Position numbers and translations under genes: made by a program | Shown: piece after piece, positions 48,787 through 58,566 of the stretch | How positions within the stretch are numbered: the first letter of the stretch is position 1 | How the letters are laid out: every line of letters begins with the position of its first letter | Source: Candidatus Omnitrophota bacterium | GTDB taxonomy: Bacteria > Omnitrophota > Gorgyraeia > Gorgyraeales > Gorgyraeaceae | NCBI GenBank assembly: GCA_042572045.1 | Contig: JBHPFI010000001.1 | Coordinates: 47,818 to 111,817 of the forward strand | Direction of reading: 5' to 3' | Length of the DNA stretch: 64,000 nt | Notes under the pieces: model-generated | Seen by the model: only the letters and a program-made list of their open reading frames with translations | The model's database searches: none | Told to the model about the DNA's origin: nothing

Positions 48787-49758
48787 ATGAAAACCATTTT
48801 TCATTTGAGCATATTTGGTCTTATAGTAGTCATTATTTTGACCTCTAGCTTTGGCTGGAGGTTTTGGAGCAAATCATTTATGAGCACTGAAAAAGAAGAT
48901 ATCCTATTGGTTGAAAAATTAAAAGGCCATGTGTATAAACTATCTCATGATATTGGCGATCGCAGCGTTTTTGAATATGAGAAGTTGAAGCAGGCAGAGC
49001 AGTATATTGCAAGGCAATTCACTTCCTTTGGTTACAAAATAGAATTTCAGGATTATGCTGTTTATAATAAAACAGTTAGAAATATAATCGCTATTAAAGA
49101 GGGCACGGCTAGACCGGAAGAGATAATAATTTTAGGAGCTCATTATGATACTTGTTTTAATCCTGGCGCAGATGATAACGCCAGCGGAGTAGCCGTACTT
49201 TTAGAATTGGCAAGGAACTTATCCGGAATTTCTCTTAATAGAACTCTAAAATTTATCGCCTTTACCAATGAAGAGCCCCCGTTTTTTAAGACTGAGGATA
49301 TGGGCAGCATGGTTTACGTAAGAGAAGCCAGAAAGAGAAAAGAAGACATCAAGGCTTCTCTTGTTTTTGAGTCGGTTGGTTACTACACAGATAATCCAAA
49401 CTCTCAACAGTACCCACTGCTATTTGGCTTATTTTATCCAAATAAGGGTAACTTTATCGCTATAGCGGGAAATTTTTCTTCTCGCTGGCTTGTTAAAAGA
49501 GTTGTCACCAGCTTTAAGAGCAAGACCCAGTTTCCCATAGAATCAGTTGTTACCTTTAGTTTTGTCCCTGGCGTTGATTTTTCTGATAATTGGTCGTTTT
49601 GGGAGGGGGATTACCCGTCTATAATGATCACAGATACAGCCTTTTATAGAAATCCCGGTTATCATGGTGTGCTAGATACTTATGAAAAATTAGATTATAA
49701 AGGCATGGGAGAATTGGTAAAAGGATTTAGCGCGGTTTCTATTGGACTTGCAAAATAG
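48787..49758 (+). CDS. M28 family metallopeptidase
   Basis: GAHYD, GADDNASG, NEEPP, SDN, YH...DT. Confidence 0.9.
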   Translation: MKTIFHLSIFGLIVVIILTSSFGWRFWSKSFMSTEKEDILLVEKLKGHVYKLSHDIGDRSVFEYEKLKQAEQYIARQFTSFGYKIEFQDYAVYNKTVRNIIAIKEGTARPEEIIILGAHYDTCFNPGADDNASGVAVLLELARNLSGISLNRTLKFIAFTNEEPPFFKTEDMGSMVYVREARKRKEDIKASLVFESVGYYTDNPNSQQYPLLFGLFYPNKGNFIAIAGNFSSRWLVKRVVTSFKSKTQFPIESVVTFSFVPGVDFSDNWSFWEGDYPSIMITDTAFYRNPGYHGVLDTYEKLDYKGMGELVKGFSAVSIGLAK

Positions 49759-49779
49759 TTCATTATCTAAGGAGTAGAA

Positions 49780-50631
49780 ATGAATAGAAATAAGCTTCTT
49801 TTACTGATTTTAATATTGGCGATTACTTGCATAGCCTACGGAGAAGATTACAAGACAACATCTTTCATGAGAGACCTTGAAAACAGAAAAGGTTCCTATG
49901 TTTACAAGAAAACCTCACAGCCACGTTCGAATTTTTCTTCTTTTGTAAAACGATTCTCTCGCGACGAAAAGGTATTCTATAAATATACCGAGCACGGGCA
50001 AGGCGACTATGATAGATATTTAAATGTAACGTGGGAGATCGATGCAGAAATGGAAGAAAAAGAAGACCTTCTTTTTCTCATTTATTCCAATAGGATCATT
50101 AGGGATAAAGTTGGGGAAATCATTGTTAAATATGAAAAGCATTTTGATTATGATGAGCGAAAGATAGATTGCATTTCATCCGATGACAAAGGGGAGATCA
50201 TTAAAAAGAAGACCTTTCCTATCAAGGGCTACACTACCGACAACATTACGTTGTCGTATTGTCTTAAAACATTCGTAGCCCACCATGACGATAAAACATA
50301 TAGAAGTTTTTATCTCATTTCGAGCGAACCAAGGCTCTATAGGATAACTACCAAAGTGATCGCTCATGAGGTCTTAGAACTGCCTGCAGGTAAAATAAAC
50401 GCTATCAAATTGAGACTTATCCCTAATTTCGGGGTATTGACAGGCTTAACAGGCGCCTTAATTCCTCCGACGTATGTTTGGTATACTGAAAAGCCTCCTT
50501 ATACCTGGTTGCAGTATGAAGGCCTGGAGGCAGGTTTAGGAACATCCCATATTGTAGTTTATATCTCTGATTTTGTAGAGCATATAACAAGAAACATATT
50601 GTCCCCGCCTTCTAAAAAGAGTATCATATAA
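49780..50631 (+). CDS. Exported hypothetical protein (beta-rich, LPAGK motif)
   Basis: AAGGAG SD, signal peptide, ELPAGKINA, WYTEKPPY. Confidence 0.72.
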   Translation: MNRNKLLLLILILAITCIAYGEDYKTTSFMRDLENRKGSYVYKKTSQPRSNFSSFVKRFSRDEKVFYKYTEHGQGDYDRYLNVTWEIDAEMEEKEDLLFLIYSNRIIRDKVGEIIVKYEKHFDYDERKIDCISSDDKGEIIKKKTFPIKGYTTDNITLSYCLKTFVAHHDDKTYRSFYLISSEPRLYRITTKVIAHEVLELPAGKINAIKLRLIPNFGVLTGLTGALIPPTYVWYTEKPPYTWLQYEGLEAGLGTSHIVVYISDFVEHITRNILSPPSKKSII

Positions 50632-50680
50632 ACATGTCACGGTACTACAATCCCAAAAGAAAGAAAAATCTCTATACCCC
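50611..50680 (+). repeat. 70-bp direct repeat, copy 1 (duplicate of nuclease gene 5' end)
   Basis: Matches 55492-55561, including an identical TACTACAATCCCAAAAGAAAGAAAAATCTCTATACCCC block. Confidence 0.9.
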
Positions 50681-52298
50681 AGATATGATTAGAATATTGC
50701 TATTAATAGCAATATTTATCTTTAATTCCTTTGTATCCGGGCCTATCTATGGAGTGACCCTTGATGAGCGGTACGGTCCTATATTAGAAAAAGATACATT
50801 TCTTTATAAGGGCGAGGCAGGGTATTTTGAACTGGATGAACAGGGGTATCATGGCCACGGCTCTTTTAATGATTTTAACTCTAACCCAAAGTATCATACC
50901 TTTCAAAGTTCTCTAGAATTCTCCCCTCTAAAAACTCTGGAAGTCGAAGCAGGCCTTTCCCGCACGTTCCCCGAAGGTTATGAGAGGCTCGTATATAATA
51001 CAGCAGGTGCTTTAAGCGCGCTCTATGAATACAATCTGGATTATTTTCAAGAGTACGACCTTGGCCTCAGAAAGAGATGTAAAGATTTTGAGGTCTATTT
51101 TAACTTTTCAGGAAAATACCAGAAGGCAGATTGGAACTATGCGCCTTACCCGAGCGCCGCAAACTTTTTTACGTGCATCCGCACGCACTATGAGGATTTT
51201 AAATTAGGCCTTAAGCATGTTTCAGCTTCTAAGGACAAAGAGCTCTCTTCCATGGAAAAGATCAGAGGACCTTTTCTCGCCAAGGGTCAGGCGAACGTAG
51301 AGATAGAAATAGGTTATAAGCAGGGCGAGGTAATAAGGGATTCTAACAGCCATCATTATTATCATACGCTTAACGCCCATGCTATACCCAAACTTACTGT
51401 GAGGTACGGCTTGGATGAGGACCTCGAGATAGAAGGAGGGGTCTTTTATACAACGCCTTTTGTGTATGAATATGAATACAATCTTTATTCAACAGGGGAG
51501 ATATGTATCGGAGAATATGAGCTTGAGAATAATTTTTATTTTCCTATTAAGTTGAAGTATTGCCATGATGACAAGCTTCTCGCCACTCTTTCAACAGACA
51601 TCAATGTGATAGACCAAAACCTTGACTATGTACAGGGTATAGGAGCTGCTACTGAGTACCCGTCCAGGAGCCTTACTTATTATAATATTTCGCCGACTAT
51701 TACACTTAGCTATCTCTGCGATAAGGGAAAAGATATAAAAAGCGATAAATTCTCCAGTCTTACCAAGGAGCTCCTGCTTAAAAAGCAGTTTTTGATCGAC
51801 TTTAAATATAAGAAGGATATCACCCATCTCAGCAAGGGCTCTACAAATGCTGCCCAGAATATAATAGACCCTTACAATGTATTTATGTATCCATTGGATT
51901 ATTTTATAGTGGGGACTGAATACGCTGCATTTTTAGCAGGCAACGTCTCTTCTGCTGCCACCAACATCAATCCCCAGAATTATTATGTAATAGAGACGGC
52001 TTTTACTTATGGCATAGCTGATTTTATCAATGCAAATTTCATGGCAGGATATCGTTCGGAGAGTTCCCTGCATCACTTTACATTAAATGATCTAAAGAGG
52101 CGCTTCTATGATTTCCAGCCTTATTATTATTTTGGGGCAGGGTGTGATTGGCGGATCGGGAAAAATAGCTTAGTAAGCCTGAGTTCAAAGTTTGTTCCTA
52201 CCTATAAGACATTCCTTGTGCGCGAGGGAGATCCTGAGCAATATGAAGTCGAAAATGAGTATTTCCAGGCAGCTCTTGGCGTAAAAATTATTTTCTAG
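50634..52298 (+). CDS. Putative outer-membrane beta-barrel protein (native start probably 50685)
   Basis: Signal peptide MIRILLLIAIF from 50685, Tyr-rich alternating strands, C-terminal F; first 17 codons come from the repeat. Confidence 0.72.
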   Translation: MSRYYNPKRKKNLYTPDMIRILLLIAIFIFNSFVSGPIYGVTLDERYGPILEKDTFLYKGEAGYFELDEQGYHGHGSFNDFNSNPKYHTFQSSLEFSPLKTLEVEAGLSRTFPEGYERLVYNTAGALSALYEYNLDYFQEYDLGLRKRCKDFEVYFNFSGKYQKADWNYAPYPSAANFFTCIRTHYEDFKLGLKHVSASKDKELSSMEKIRGPFLAKGQANVEIEIGYKQGEVIRDSNSHHYYHTLNAHAIPKLTVRYGLDEDLEIEGGVFYTTPFVYEYEYNLYSTGEICIGEYELENNFYFPIKLKYCHDDKLLATLSTDINVIDQNLDYVQGIGAATEYPSRSLTYYNISPTITLSYLCDKGKDIKSDKFSSLTKELLLKKQFLIDFKYKKDITHLSKGSTNAAQNIIDPYNVFMYPLDYFIVGTEYAAFLAGNVSSAATNINPQNYYVIETAFTYGIADFINANFMAGYRSESSLHHFTLNDLKRRFYDFQPYYYFGAGCDWRIGKNSLVSLSSKFVPTYKTFLVREGDPEQYEVENEYFQAALGVKIIF

Positions 52299-53175
52299 GA
52301 GAAATAAGTCTAAAGGGCATTTCGCTTGGGTCAGGGGGAGGCTCTGGTTCAGGCTCTGGTTCTGGTTCTGGCTCTGGCTCCGGTTCAGGTTCTGGAGGTG
52401 GCGGAGGTGGTGGTTCTGGTTCAGGCTCTGGGTCTGGTATAGGCTCGGGCTCAGGTTCTGGTTCTGGAGGTGGAAGCGGTGGTGGTTCTGGCTCTGGTTC
52501 TGGCTCCGGTTCAGGTTCTGGAGGTGGCGGAGGTGGTGGCTCTGGTTCTGGTTCGGGCTCAGGTGGCGGTTCTGGCGGAGGTTCGGGCTCAGATGTCCTG
52601 ATCACTCGACCTCGATTAGCATAGAGCTCCATGCGGTCAGAGTCCTTATCATGGCCAAAAGGCGCCAGCATTTCGTTTGGCGACATATTGCCCTGACCTC
52701 TATTATCAATCGGATTATAAGCCCATCTTGACTTGTTTAATTTATCAAGAGATGCTTTTAGCTCCTCAATCATCATTCTTTTCTCATTTGCCTCGACCTG
52801 ACGCATATTTCTTTTAACAGGTCTTTTTGCTTTTTCAAGCTTGGCCGATACCTTAAACGCCTTTTTATTCTGGTCTTTTTTCTTGCGCCCGGTTTCAATA
52901 ATATGTTTTCTATTTATCGAGTTTCTATTCCCTTTGATATTTACGGAAGAGGGCGATGGACCTTTCTTTATTTTATTATTATTTGGGCTTTTGTTTGAAG
53001 GCGGCGTAGGCGTTGGTGCAGGGTTTTTATTTTGACCGGGAGCATTTACTGAAGGATTATTTTTCTGGGCGTTTTTTCCCGCGCCTTTATTTTTATTATT
53101 ACCGGCATATGCTATATCGCTTTCTATAAGCAGAAAACACATAGTTATGCATAATAATAATCTTAAGATCTTCAT
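52288..53175 (-). CDS. Secreted Pro/Glu-rich (PEPE/polyproline) protein
   Basis: Signal peptide ending AYA, N/K-rich linker, ~90-aa PEPEP tract; downstream of c-di-GMP-I riboswitch. Confidence 0.8.
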   Translation of the reverse strand: MKILRLLLCITMCFLLIESDIAYAGNNKNKGAGKNAQKNNPSVNAPGQNKNPAPTPTPPSNKSPNNNKIKKGPSPSSVNIKGNRNSINRKHIIETGRKKKDQNKKAFKVSAKLEKAKRPVKRNMRQVEANEKRMMIEELKASLDKLNKSRWAYNPIDNRGQGNMSPNEMLAPFGHDKDSDRMELYANRGRVIRTSEPEPPPEPPPEPEPEPEPPPPPPPEPEPEPEPEPEPPPLPPPEPEPEPEPIPDPEPEPEPPPPPPPEPEPEPEPEPEPEPEPEPPPDPSEMPFRLISPRK

Positions 53176-53186
53176 TTTTTCACCCC

Positions 53187-53227
53187 AAAAAAAATACGCC
53201 CATTCCTTTTCGCAAGAAATGGGCGTA
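53187..53227 (-). terminator. Riboswitch expression-platform terminator
   Basis: Minus strand TACGCCCATT...AATGGGCGTA followed by 8 T, just before the ATG. Confidence 0.85.
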
Positions 53228-53254
53228 CTGAAACGCTTTTTTTATATGTAATTA

Positions 53255-53336
53255 TTCGGCAACCCGGCCATCCTAAGTAATAATTAGGACCCTCGGCTTT
53301 GCGTCCCCTTCTTGCGAAAGGTTTGCCTTTTCGTAA
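53255..53336 (-). ncRNA. Cyclic-di-GMP-I (GEMM) riboswitch
   Basis: Minus strand GGCAAACCTTTC-GCAA-GAAGGGGACGCAAAGCCGAGGGTCCTAA...GGCCGGGTTGCC fits the c-di-GMP-I consensus. Confidence 0.92.
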
Positions 53337-53505
53337 TATTCTCTCTACTACAAGTATATCATAAAATCGGCCCTTTTTAGGGCATCTGCGAAATAAGTTT
53401 TTAATATGTTTTACCGTCGATAAAACGCTTACTTTTTGAAGCGGTTTTTCACGGGTTTTTGGCTTTTTACTTGACTTATTTTTTAAATGAGATACTATTC
53501 ATTTA

Positions 53506-54093
53506 ATGAAGAAGAGCCTTCTTATCCTCTTGATTTTAGGCTGGTTATGTCCTTTTTTGTATGCGGAGATCACTCCTGAAGAAAGAAGGGTAGAGGAAGA
53601 AAAAAGAACGACCCTTCGCCAGACAGAAGATCATGCGTATAAAAAAAAGACCCCTGCCCCAGAGAAATCTCCCCGGATGCCTGACATGGATTATTTTAGA
53701 GGCCTTCTCGAAAGAAGGGTCACCTTTCTTAAGGATATCTGTAGAGTGTTAGTGATATTGATGGGTGAAGAGGCCCGTCTCAAAGATTTTGATTCACAGC
53801 TTGCATTCCTAAAAGAGAAAAAAATCATCCCTAAAGAGATCGGATCACGCCTTAAGCCTGAGGAACCGCTTCGTAAAGGCGTGGCTAGTATTATGTTTTG
53901 CCGGGCGCTTGGATTAAAAGGCGGGATATCTTTGAGAATATTCAAAAGTAGCAGCAGGTACGCGCTGAAAGAGCTGATGTTTGAGGGTATGATGATTTCC
54001 GGGAGGACTGATGACCTTCTTAACGGCAAGGAGCTGGTCTTTACCCTTACAAAGGCTGCTGATTATCTGGCTGAGAAAAGGATGCGGCGTTGA
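53506..54093 (+). CDS. Exported hypothetical protein (possible SLH-like repeats)
   Basis: Signal peptide; PEEPLRKG..S.M..RALG resembles an SLH core (weak). Confidence 0.7.
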   Translation: MKKSLLILLILGWLCPFLYAEITPEERRVEEEKRTTLRQTEDHAYKKKTPAPEKSPRMPDMDYFRGLLERRVTFLKDICRVLVILMGEEARLKDFDSQLAFLKEKKIIPKEIGSRLKPEEPLRKGVASIMFCRALGLKGGISLRIFKSSSRYALKELMFEGMMISGRTDDLLNGKELVFTLTKAADYLAEKRMRR

Positions 54094-55466
54094 AGCTTAA
54101 GGTGCTGGTAATATTTTTAATCATTCTTCTATCTGGAGAGGCCTTTGGAGCTGAGAGAGATAGAAGGATAGAGGAAGAAAAAAGACTTACCCTGCAAGAA
54201 ACCGAACAAAGGGTTTTAGAGAAGGAAGATAGATTTGCCTTTGACTGGGGAGGATGGATCAACCATAGATTTGATAATTATCATAATGACGACAATGATA
54301 GATTGACCGAGGACGTAATAGATCATACAAATTCTATTGATACCCGGTTATGGCTTAAGGCTGTTTTAAGGAACCCGCTGGATTCCTCTGGAGAATTCGA
54401 ACATTCTTTATACATCAGATTAAAAGATTATTATATCCACAGGCGTCCTGACGACAATGACCGCGATGGCCCGCATCTGGATTATGCTTATTTGACATTG
54501 GATTTTCAGCCTTTATGGTTCAGGCTCGGGAGGGGGTATTTTGACGTTGGCCGCGGCATTGCTTGCAGCAACGTGAATGACGGCGCGGAGTTATTTTTGA
54601 TCATCCCGAAATGGAAGTTTAACCTCTTTTTGTCTCAGACACTTCCGCACGAGGACAATATAGACATCAGTGTGCCTGGTTATGACAAAGAGAGCGACAG
54701 GGTTTTTTACGGTTTTGAGTCAACGTACTTTCTAAATGAAACAAATAATGTATACGGTTTTTTCCTGATGCAGAGAGACTCTAGCGATGAGGACCCCGAG
54801 AATACGTCACAGGATTATACATATGACTCTGAGTATACAGGCGTTGGCGTAGATGGAGAGGCCTGGGGCAAGATAAAGTATTGGGGGGAATTTATCATGC
54901 AGACCGGCCAGAGCTATACTACCGGCACAAATGAACAAAGAGACATTTCTGCGTGGGCAGGCAATGTGGGTATAAAATACGAAACCGAAGTCTATAGCCA
55001 TCCTGCTGTTTCCTTTGAATATGCGCTTGGTTCAGGGGATCCGGATCGCTCAAGCGTTACTAATACGCAGAACGGCAATACCTCAGGAGATGACAATAAT
55101 TTCCTGTACTTCGGCTACATAGAGACTGGATACGCTCTTTCGCCGCTACTATCAAACCTTGAGTTTTATAAACTGCAGGCATCATTTAAACCCCTGGAAC
55201 AGTGCCAGATATTTAAAAGGCTTACAATGGATATAAGTTATTATCTGTACCGCAAGGATGAGGAAACAGGCGCTATCTATGACCTGGACGCAACAGAAAA
55301 TGATGCTGACATTGGCAAGGAGATCGATGTAAGGATCTTTTGGCAGGCCTTTTCAGACCTGAGTTTTGAGGTGCAGTATGGACATTTCTACCCGGGAGAT
55401 GCCTACCCTGCATCTACCAACGATAGCGAAGAGTATCTTGCCTTTAGCACAAGCCTTGCGTTTTAG
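54090..55466 (+). CDS. Alginate-export (AlgE-like) outer-membrane porin
   Basis: Signal peptide, LDYAY, RLGR, YALGSGD, IGKEID, YGHFYPG, C-terminal F. Confidence 0.8.
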   Translation: MKLKVLVIFLIILLSGEAFGAERDRRIEEEKRLTLQETEQRVLEKEDRFAFDWGGWINHRFDNYHNDDNDRLTEDVIDHTNSIDTRLWLKAVLRNPLDSSGEFEHSLYIRLKDYYIHRRPDDNDRDGPHLDYAYLTLDFQPLWFRLGRGYFDVGRGIACSNVNDGAELFLIIPKWKFNLFLSQTLPHEDNIDISVPGYDKESDRVFYGFESTYFLNETNNVYGFFLMQRDSSDEDPENTSQDYTYDSEYTGVGVDGEAWGKIKYWGEFIMQTGQSYTTGTNEQRDISAWAGNVGIKYETEVYSHPAVSFEYALGSGDPDRSSVTNTQNGNTSGDDNNFLYFGYIETGYALSPLLSNLEFYKLQASFKPLEQCQIFKRLTMDISYYLYRKDEETGAIYDLDATENDADIGKEIDVRIFWQAFSDLSFEVQYGHFYPGDAYPASTNDSEEYLAFSTSLAF

Positions 55467-55491
55467 TCTAAACAAGTCCTTGCCTCTGGTG

Positions 55492-55561
55492 TCTAAAAAT
55501 AGTATCATGTAAATATGTCGCAATACTACAATCCCAAAAGAAAGAAAAATCTCTATACCCC
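55492..55561 (+). repeat. 70-bp direct repeat, copy 2
   Basis: Matches 50611-50680. Confidence 0.9.
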
Positions 55562-56282
55562 TCGCTCAGAAAAGCCATATGAGGTAAGTCGTTCAAAGAT
55601 AGACCTATTCTTAAACTGCCCCAGGTGTTTCTATCGTGATAGGCGCCTCGGCATTGCCCAGCCACCCGGATACCCATTTACCCTCAATACAGCCATAGAC
55701 AAGCTTCTTAAAAAAGAATTTGACTCGTATCGTAAAAAAGGCACTACTCATCCTATCATGAAAGAAAACGGCCTGGATGCCATACCGCTAGAGCATGAGA
55801 GTATGGATAAATGGCGGGATGCAAGGAAACGAGGCATCAAGTATCTGCACACAGAAACAAATCTTATACTTAAAGGTGGCATTGATGATGTATGGGTAAA
55901 TCCCCAGGGGGAGTTTATCATAGTTGACTATAAGTCTACTTCAAAGGAAGGAGAGGTCTCTATTGATGCTGATTGGCAGATGAGTTATAAACGCCAGATG
56001 GAGGTATACCAGTGGCTATTTCGTAAAAATGGCTTCAAGGTGTCTCCTATAGGCTATTTTTTGTATTGTAATGGCAATACTGATGTAGAGGCCTTTAATG
56101 GTAAGCTAGAGTTTGAAATAAAACTGATCCCCTATGAAGGAAGCGATTCATGGATAGAGAAGACTGTTTTTGATATTCATAAATGTTTAAACAGTGACTT
56201 AGTGCCCGGGACAGGCAAGGATTGTGATTATTGTAGGTATGTAGGGGCGCTAGGAGTAATTAGACAGAATGAACTTTTTTAG
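55515..56282 (+). CDS. PD-(D/E)XK nuclease family protein (RecB/Cas4-like, stand-alone)
   Basis: SRSKIDLFLNCPRCFY, GGIDD, IVDYKST, QMEVY, CDYC. Confidence 0.85.
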   Translation: MSQYYNPKRKKNLYTPRSEKPYEVSRSKIDLFLNCPRCFYRDRRLGIAQPPGYPFTLNTAIDKLLKKEFDSYRKKGTTHPIMKENGLDAIPLEHESMDKWRDARKRGIKYLHTETNLILKGGIDDVWVNPQGEFIIVDYKSTSKEGEVSIDADWQMSYKRQMEVYQWLFRKNGFKVSPIGYFLYCNGNTDVEAFNGKLEFEIKLIPYEGSDSWIEKTVFDIHKCLNSDLVPGTGKDCDYCRYVGALGVIRQNELF

Positions 56283-56313
56283 GTAGAGTTTTGGGTTTTT
56301 AGGCCTTGCCAAG

Positions 56314-56433
56314 GGCAAGCCCAACCTGGTAACTTCAGGTAATATGATTATTATGCCAGCCAAAAAGCCGCATTCTTTAAAAGCAATAAATCGCTTTAAG
56401 ATGCTCCTTGTAATGATAAAGGAAAAGAGTTAG
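56314..56433 (+). pseudogene. 3' fragment of a cupin gene paralogous to 11749-12075
   Basis: GKPNLVTSGNMIIMPAKKPHSLKAINRFKMLLVMIKEKS*; in-frame stop at 56284, 5' part missing. Confidence 0.85.
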
Positions 56434-56584
56434 AAGATCTATTAGCGTTTTATATCAGAATGATTCCAAGGCCTCGGTAACAGTAAAATACTCCCAACCG
56501 ATATTACACTAAAAAAACATTGCAAGCGTTACTTTAATACTTTATAATCTACGCAACTGTTCAAAAAAATATTTTTTCGCGAAT

Positions 56585-58522
56585 ATGCCGATAGACTATA
56601 AAAAAAAATTAAACCCTGCCCAACTGGAAGCCGTACGCATGATGGAAGGGTCATACCTTGTTATTGCCGGAGCTGGAAGCGGAAAGACTCGCATACTTGT
56701 TTACCGCGTAGCGCATCTGGTGGAAAAGGGCGTGGATCCTGAAGAAATACTTCTTTTGACCTTTACACGTAAATCCGCCCAGGAGATGCTTTTAAAGGCT
56801 ACGCTCATGCTGGATGAGCGCTGTAAAAAGGTTTCTGGAGGTACATTCCACAGCTTCGCGAACATGGTTTTAAGAAAATACGCCAGGCGCATCGGCATGC
56901 CTAACAATTTCACGATAATGGACCAGTCAGATGCCGAGAACGCGGTTAATCTGGTGCGTAAAAATCTGGGATTTGGCAGCACGGACACCAAGTTTCCCAG
57001 GAAAAAGGCTCTCCTTAGCATAATATCCAAAAGCGTGAATACCCCGTACGATATATCTCTGGTCATAGAAAGCGAATACCCGCATTTCGCGGAATACATG
57101 GAATCAATAAAAAAGATAAAACGCTCTTACGCTAAATACAAGAGGGGAAAGGGGCTTCTTGATTATGATGACCTGCTGGTCTATTTAAAAGAGCTCTTGT
57201 CTTCCAATAAGGATATACGGTCCAGGCTTTCTAAAAAATATAAGTACATTATGGTAGATGAATATCAGGATACAAACAAGCTTCAAGCCGACATACTGTA
57301 TCTTCTGCTTTCAGAGCATAAGAATATCATGGCCGTTGGCGATGATTCTCAGAGTATATACGCTTTTAGGGGGGCGAATTTTAAAAACATAATAGATTTT
57401 CCAAAGATATTCAAGGGGTCAAGGATAATAACTCTTGAAGAAAATTACCGTTCCATACAGCCGATACTTGACCTGACTAACAGGGTAATAGACTTTGCCG
57501 CGGAAAAATTCAGGAAAAATCTATTTACGAGAAAAAAAGGCGCCAACATGCCGCATTTTATAGAGACAGAAAATGAAAACCGTCAGTCAGAACGCATTGT
57601 AGAGAAAGTGATGGAGTTGCGCTCTCGCGGGATAAAGCTCGGAGATATAGCGGTGCTTTTCCGCTCAGGCTGGCACTCTAATGACCTTGAAGTGGAACTA
57701 TCCAGAAACAATATGCCGTTTATCAAATACGGTGGCAGGAAATTCGTTGAATCTTCTCATGTTAAGGACATTATTTCTCATTTAAGGGTCTTTTATAACA
57801 TAAAAGATGAGATAAGTTGGAGCAGAGTTTTTACTCTGATGAAGGGTGTAGGCCCTAAAACAGCCGAGAAAATGTTTAAAAGGATAAGCCAGGACAAAAA
57901 CGCCCTGTCTTCGGATGATAAGCTGTTTAAAAAGACAAAGGACGCTGAGAGGTTGGCGGAGGTATTTAAGGAAGCCTGCGGAGAAGACAAAACGCCTTTT
58001 GATATAATAAAGATGTTCAATGTATATTATGAGCCTATTTTTAGAGAAAGATATGATGATTTTCATAAGCGTGTCAATGACCTTGGTTCTCTTGAAAGAA
58101 TCGCCTTAAGGTATGGAAGAATAGAGGATTTTTTGACTGATATGGCCCTGGAGCCTCCTGAAGAGGGTGTTGTTAAAAAGAATAGCGACAACACAGATAA
58201 ATCAAAACTGGTGCTTTCCACGATTCATTCCGCCAAAGGGCTCGAGTGGCATACGGTATTTATTATACATGTTTCAGAGGGTTGCGTACCGTCTTACCAG
58301 TCAATAGGGAATGATGATTCCATAGAGGAGGAGAGAAGGCTCCTGTATGTTGCTATGACAAGGGCAAAGGAGAATCTCTATATGCTGAAGCCCATGATAG
58401 ATCTTTCCCCGAGGAATTATCTGATCAATAAAAACGGTCCGTCATTTATGGAGATAAGCAGGTTTTTGAGAGAAGGGAATATTCTCAAAAAGTATGTAAA
58501 TTACGAGACGGAAGTTTATTGA
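56585..58522 (+). CDS. ATP-dependent DNA helicase, UvrD/PcrA/Rep family
   Basis: AGAGSGKT, VDEYQD, VGDDSQSIY.FRGA, ENYRS, TIHSAKGLEW, YVAMTRA. Confidence 0.93.
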   Translation: MPIDYKKKLNPAQLEAVRMMEGSYLVIAGAGSGKTRILVYRVAHLVEKGVDPEEILLLTFTRKSAQEMLLKATLMLDERCKKVSGGTFHSFANMVLRKYARRIGMPNNFTIMDQSDAENAVNLVRKNLGFGSTDTKFPRKKALLSIISKSVNTPYDISLVIESEYPHFAEYMESIKKIKRSYAKYKRGKGLLDYDDLLVYLKELLSSNKDIRSRLSKKYKYIMVDEYQDTNKLQADILYLLLSEHKNIMAVGDDSQSIYAFRGANFKNIIDFPKIFKGSRIITLEENYRSIQPILDLTNRVIDFAAEKFRKNLFTRKKGANMPHFIETENENRQSERIVEKVMELRSRGIKLGDIAVLFRSGWHSNDLEVELSRNNMPFIKYGGRKFVESSHVKDIISHLRVFYNIKDEISWSRVFTLMKGVGPKTAEKMFKRISQDKNALSSDDKLFKKTKDAERLAEVFKEACGEDKTPFDIIKMFNVYYEPIFRERYDDFHKRVNDLGSLERIALRYGRIEDFLTDMALEPPEEGVVKKNSDNTDKSKLVLSTIHSAKGLEWHTVFIIHVSEGCVPSYQSIGNDDSIEEERRLLYVAMTRAKENLYMLKPMIDLSPRNYLINKNGPSFMEISRFLREGNILKKYVNYETEVY

Positions 58523-58547
58523 CAACCACGCTTTTGCAGTGTAAACT
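58519..58547 (+). promoter_or_regulatory. Sigma70 promoter upstream of tandem leader
   Basis: TTGACA-17-TAAACT. Confidence 0.7.
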
Positions 58548-58566
58548 ATAAATACAGCTAAATAAA

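Noticed and set aside
52325-52590. Short tandem repeats (GGTTCT/GGCTCT) as a CRISPR or VNTR array
   Set aside because: They are the codons of the minus-strand Pro-Glu tract; there are no unique spacers.
55515-56282. Cas4-like nuclease next to a UvrD helicase as a CRISPR or defence locus
   Set aside because: No repeat-spacer array or other cas genes in the window; both genes are common stand-alone repair-type genes and are separated by a pseudogene fragment.
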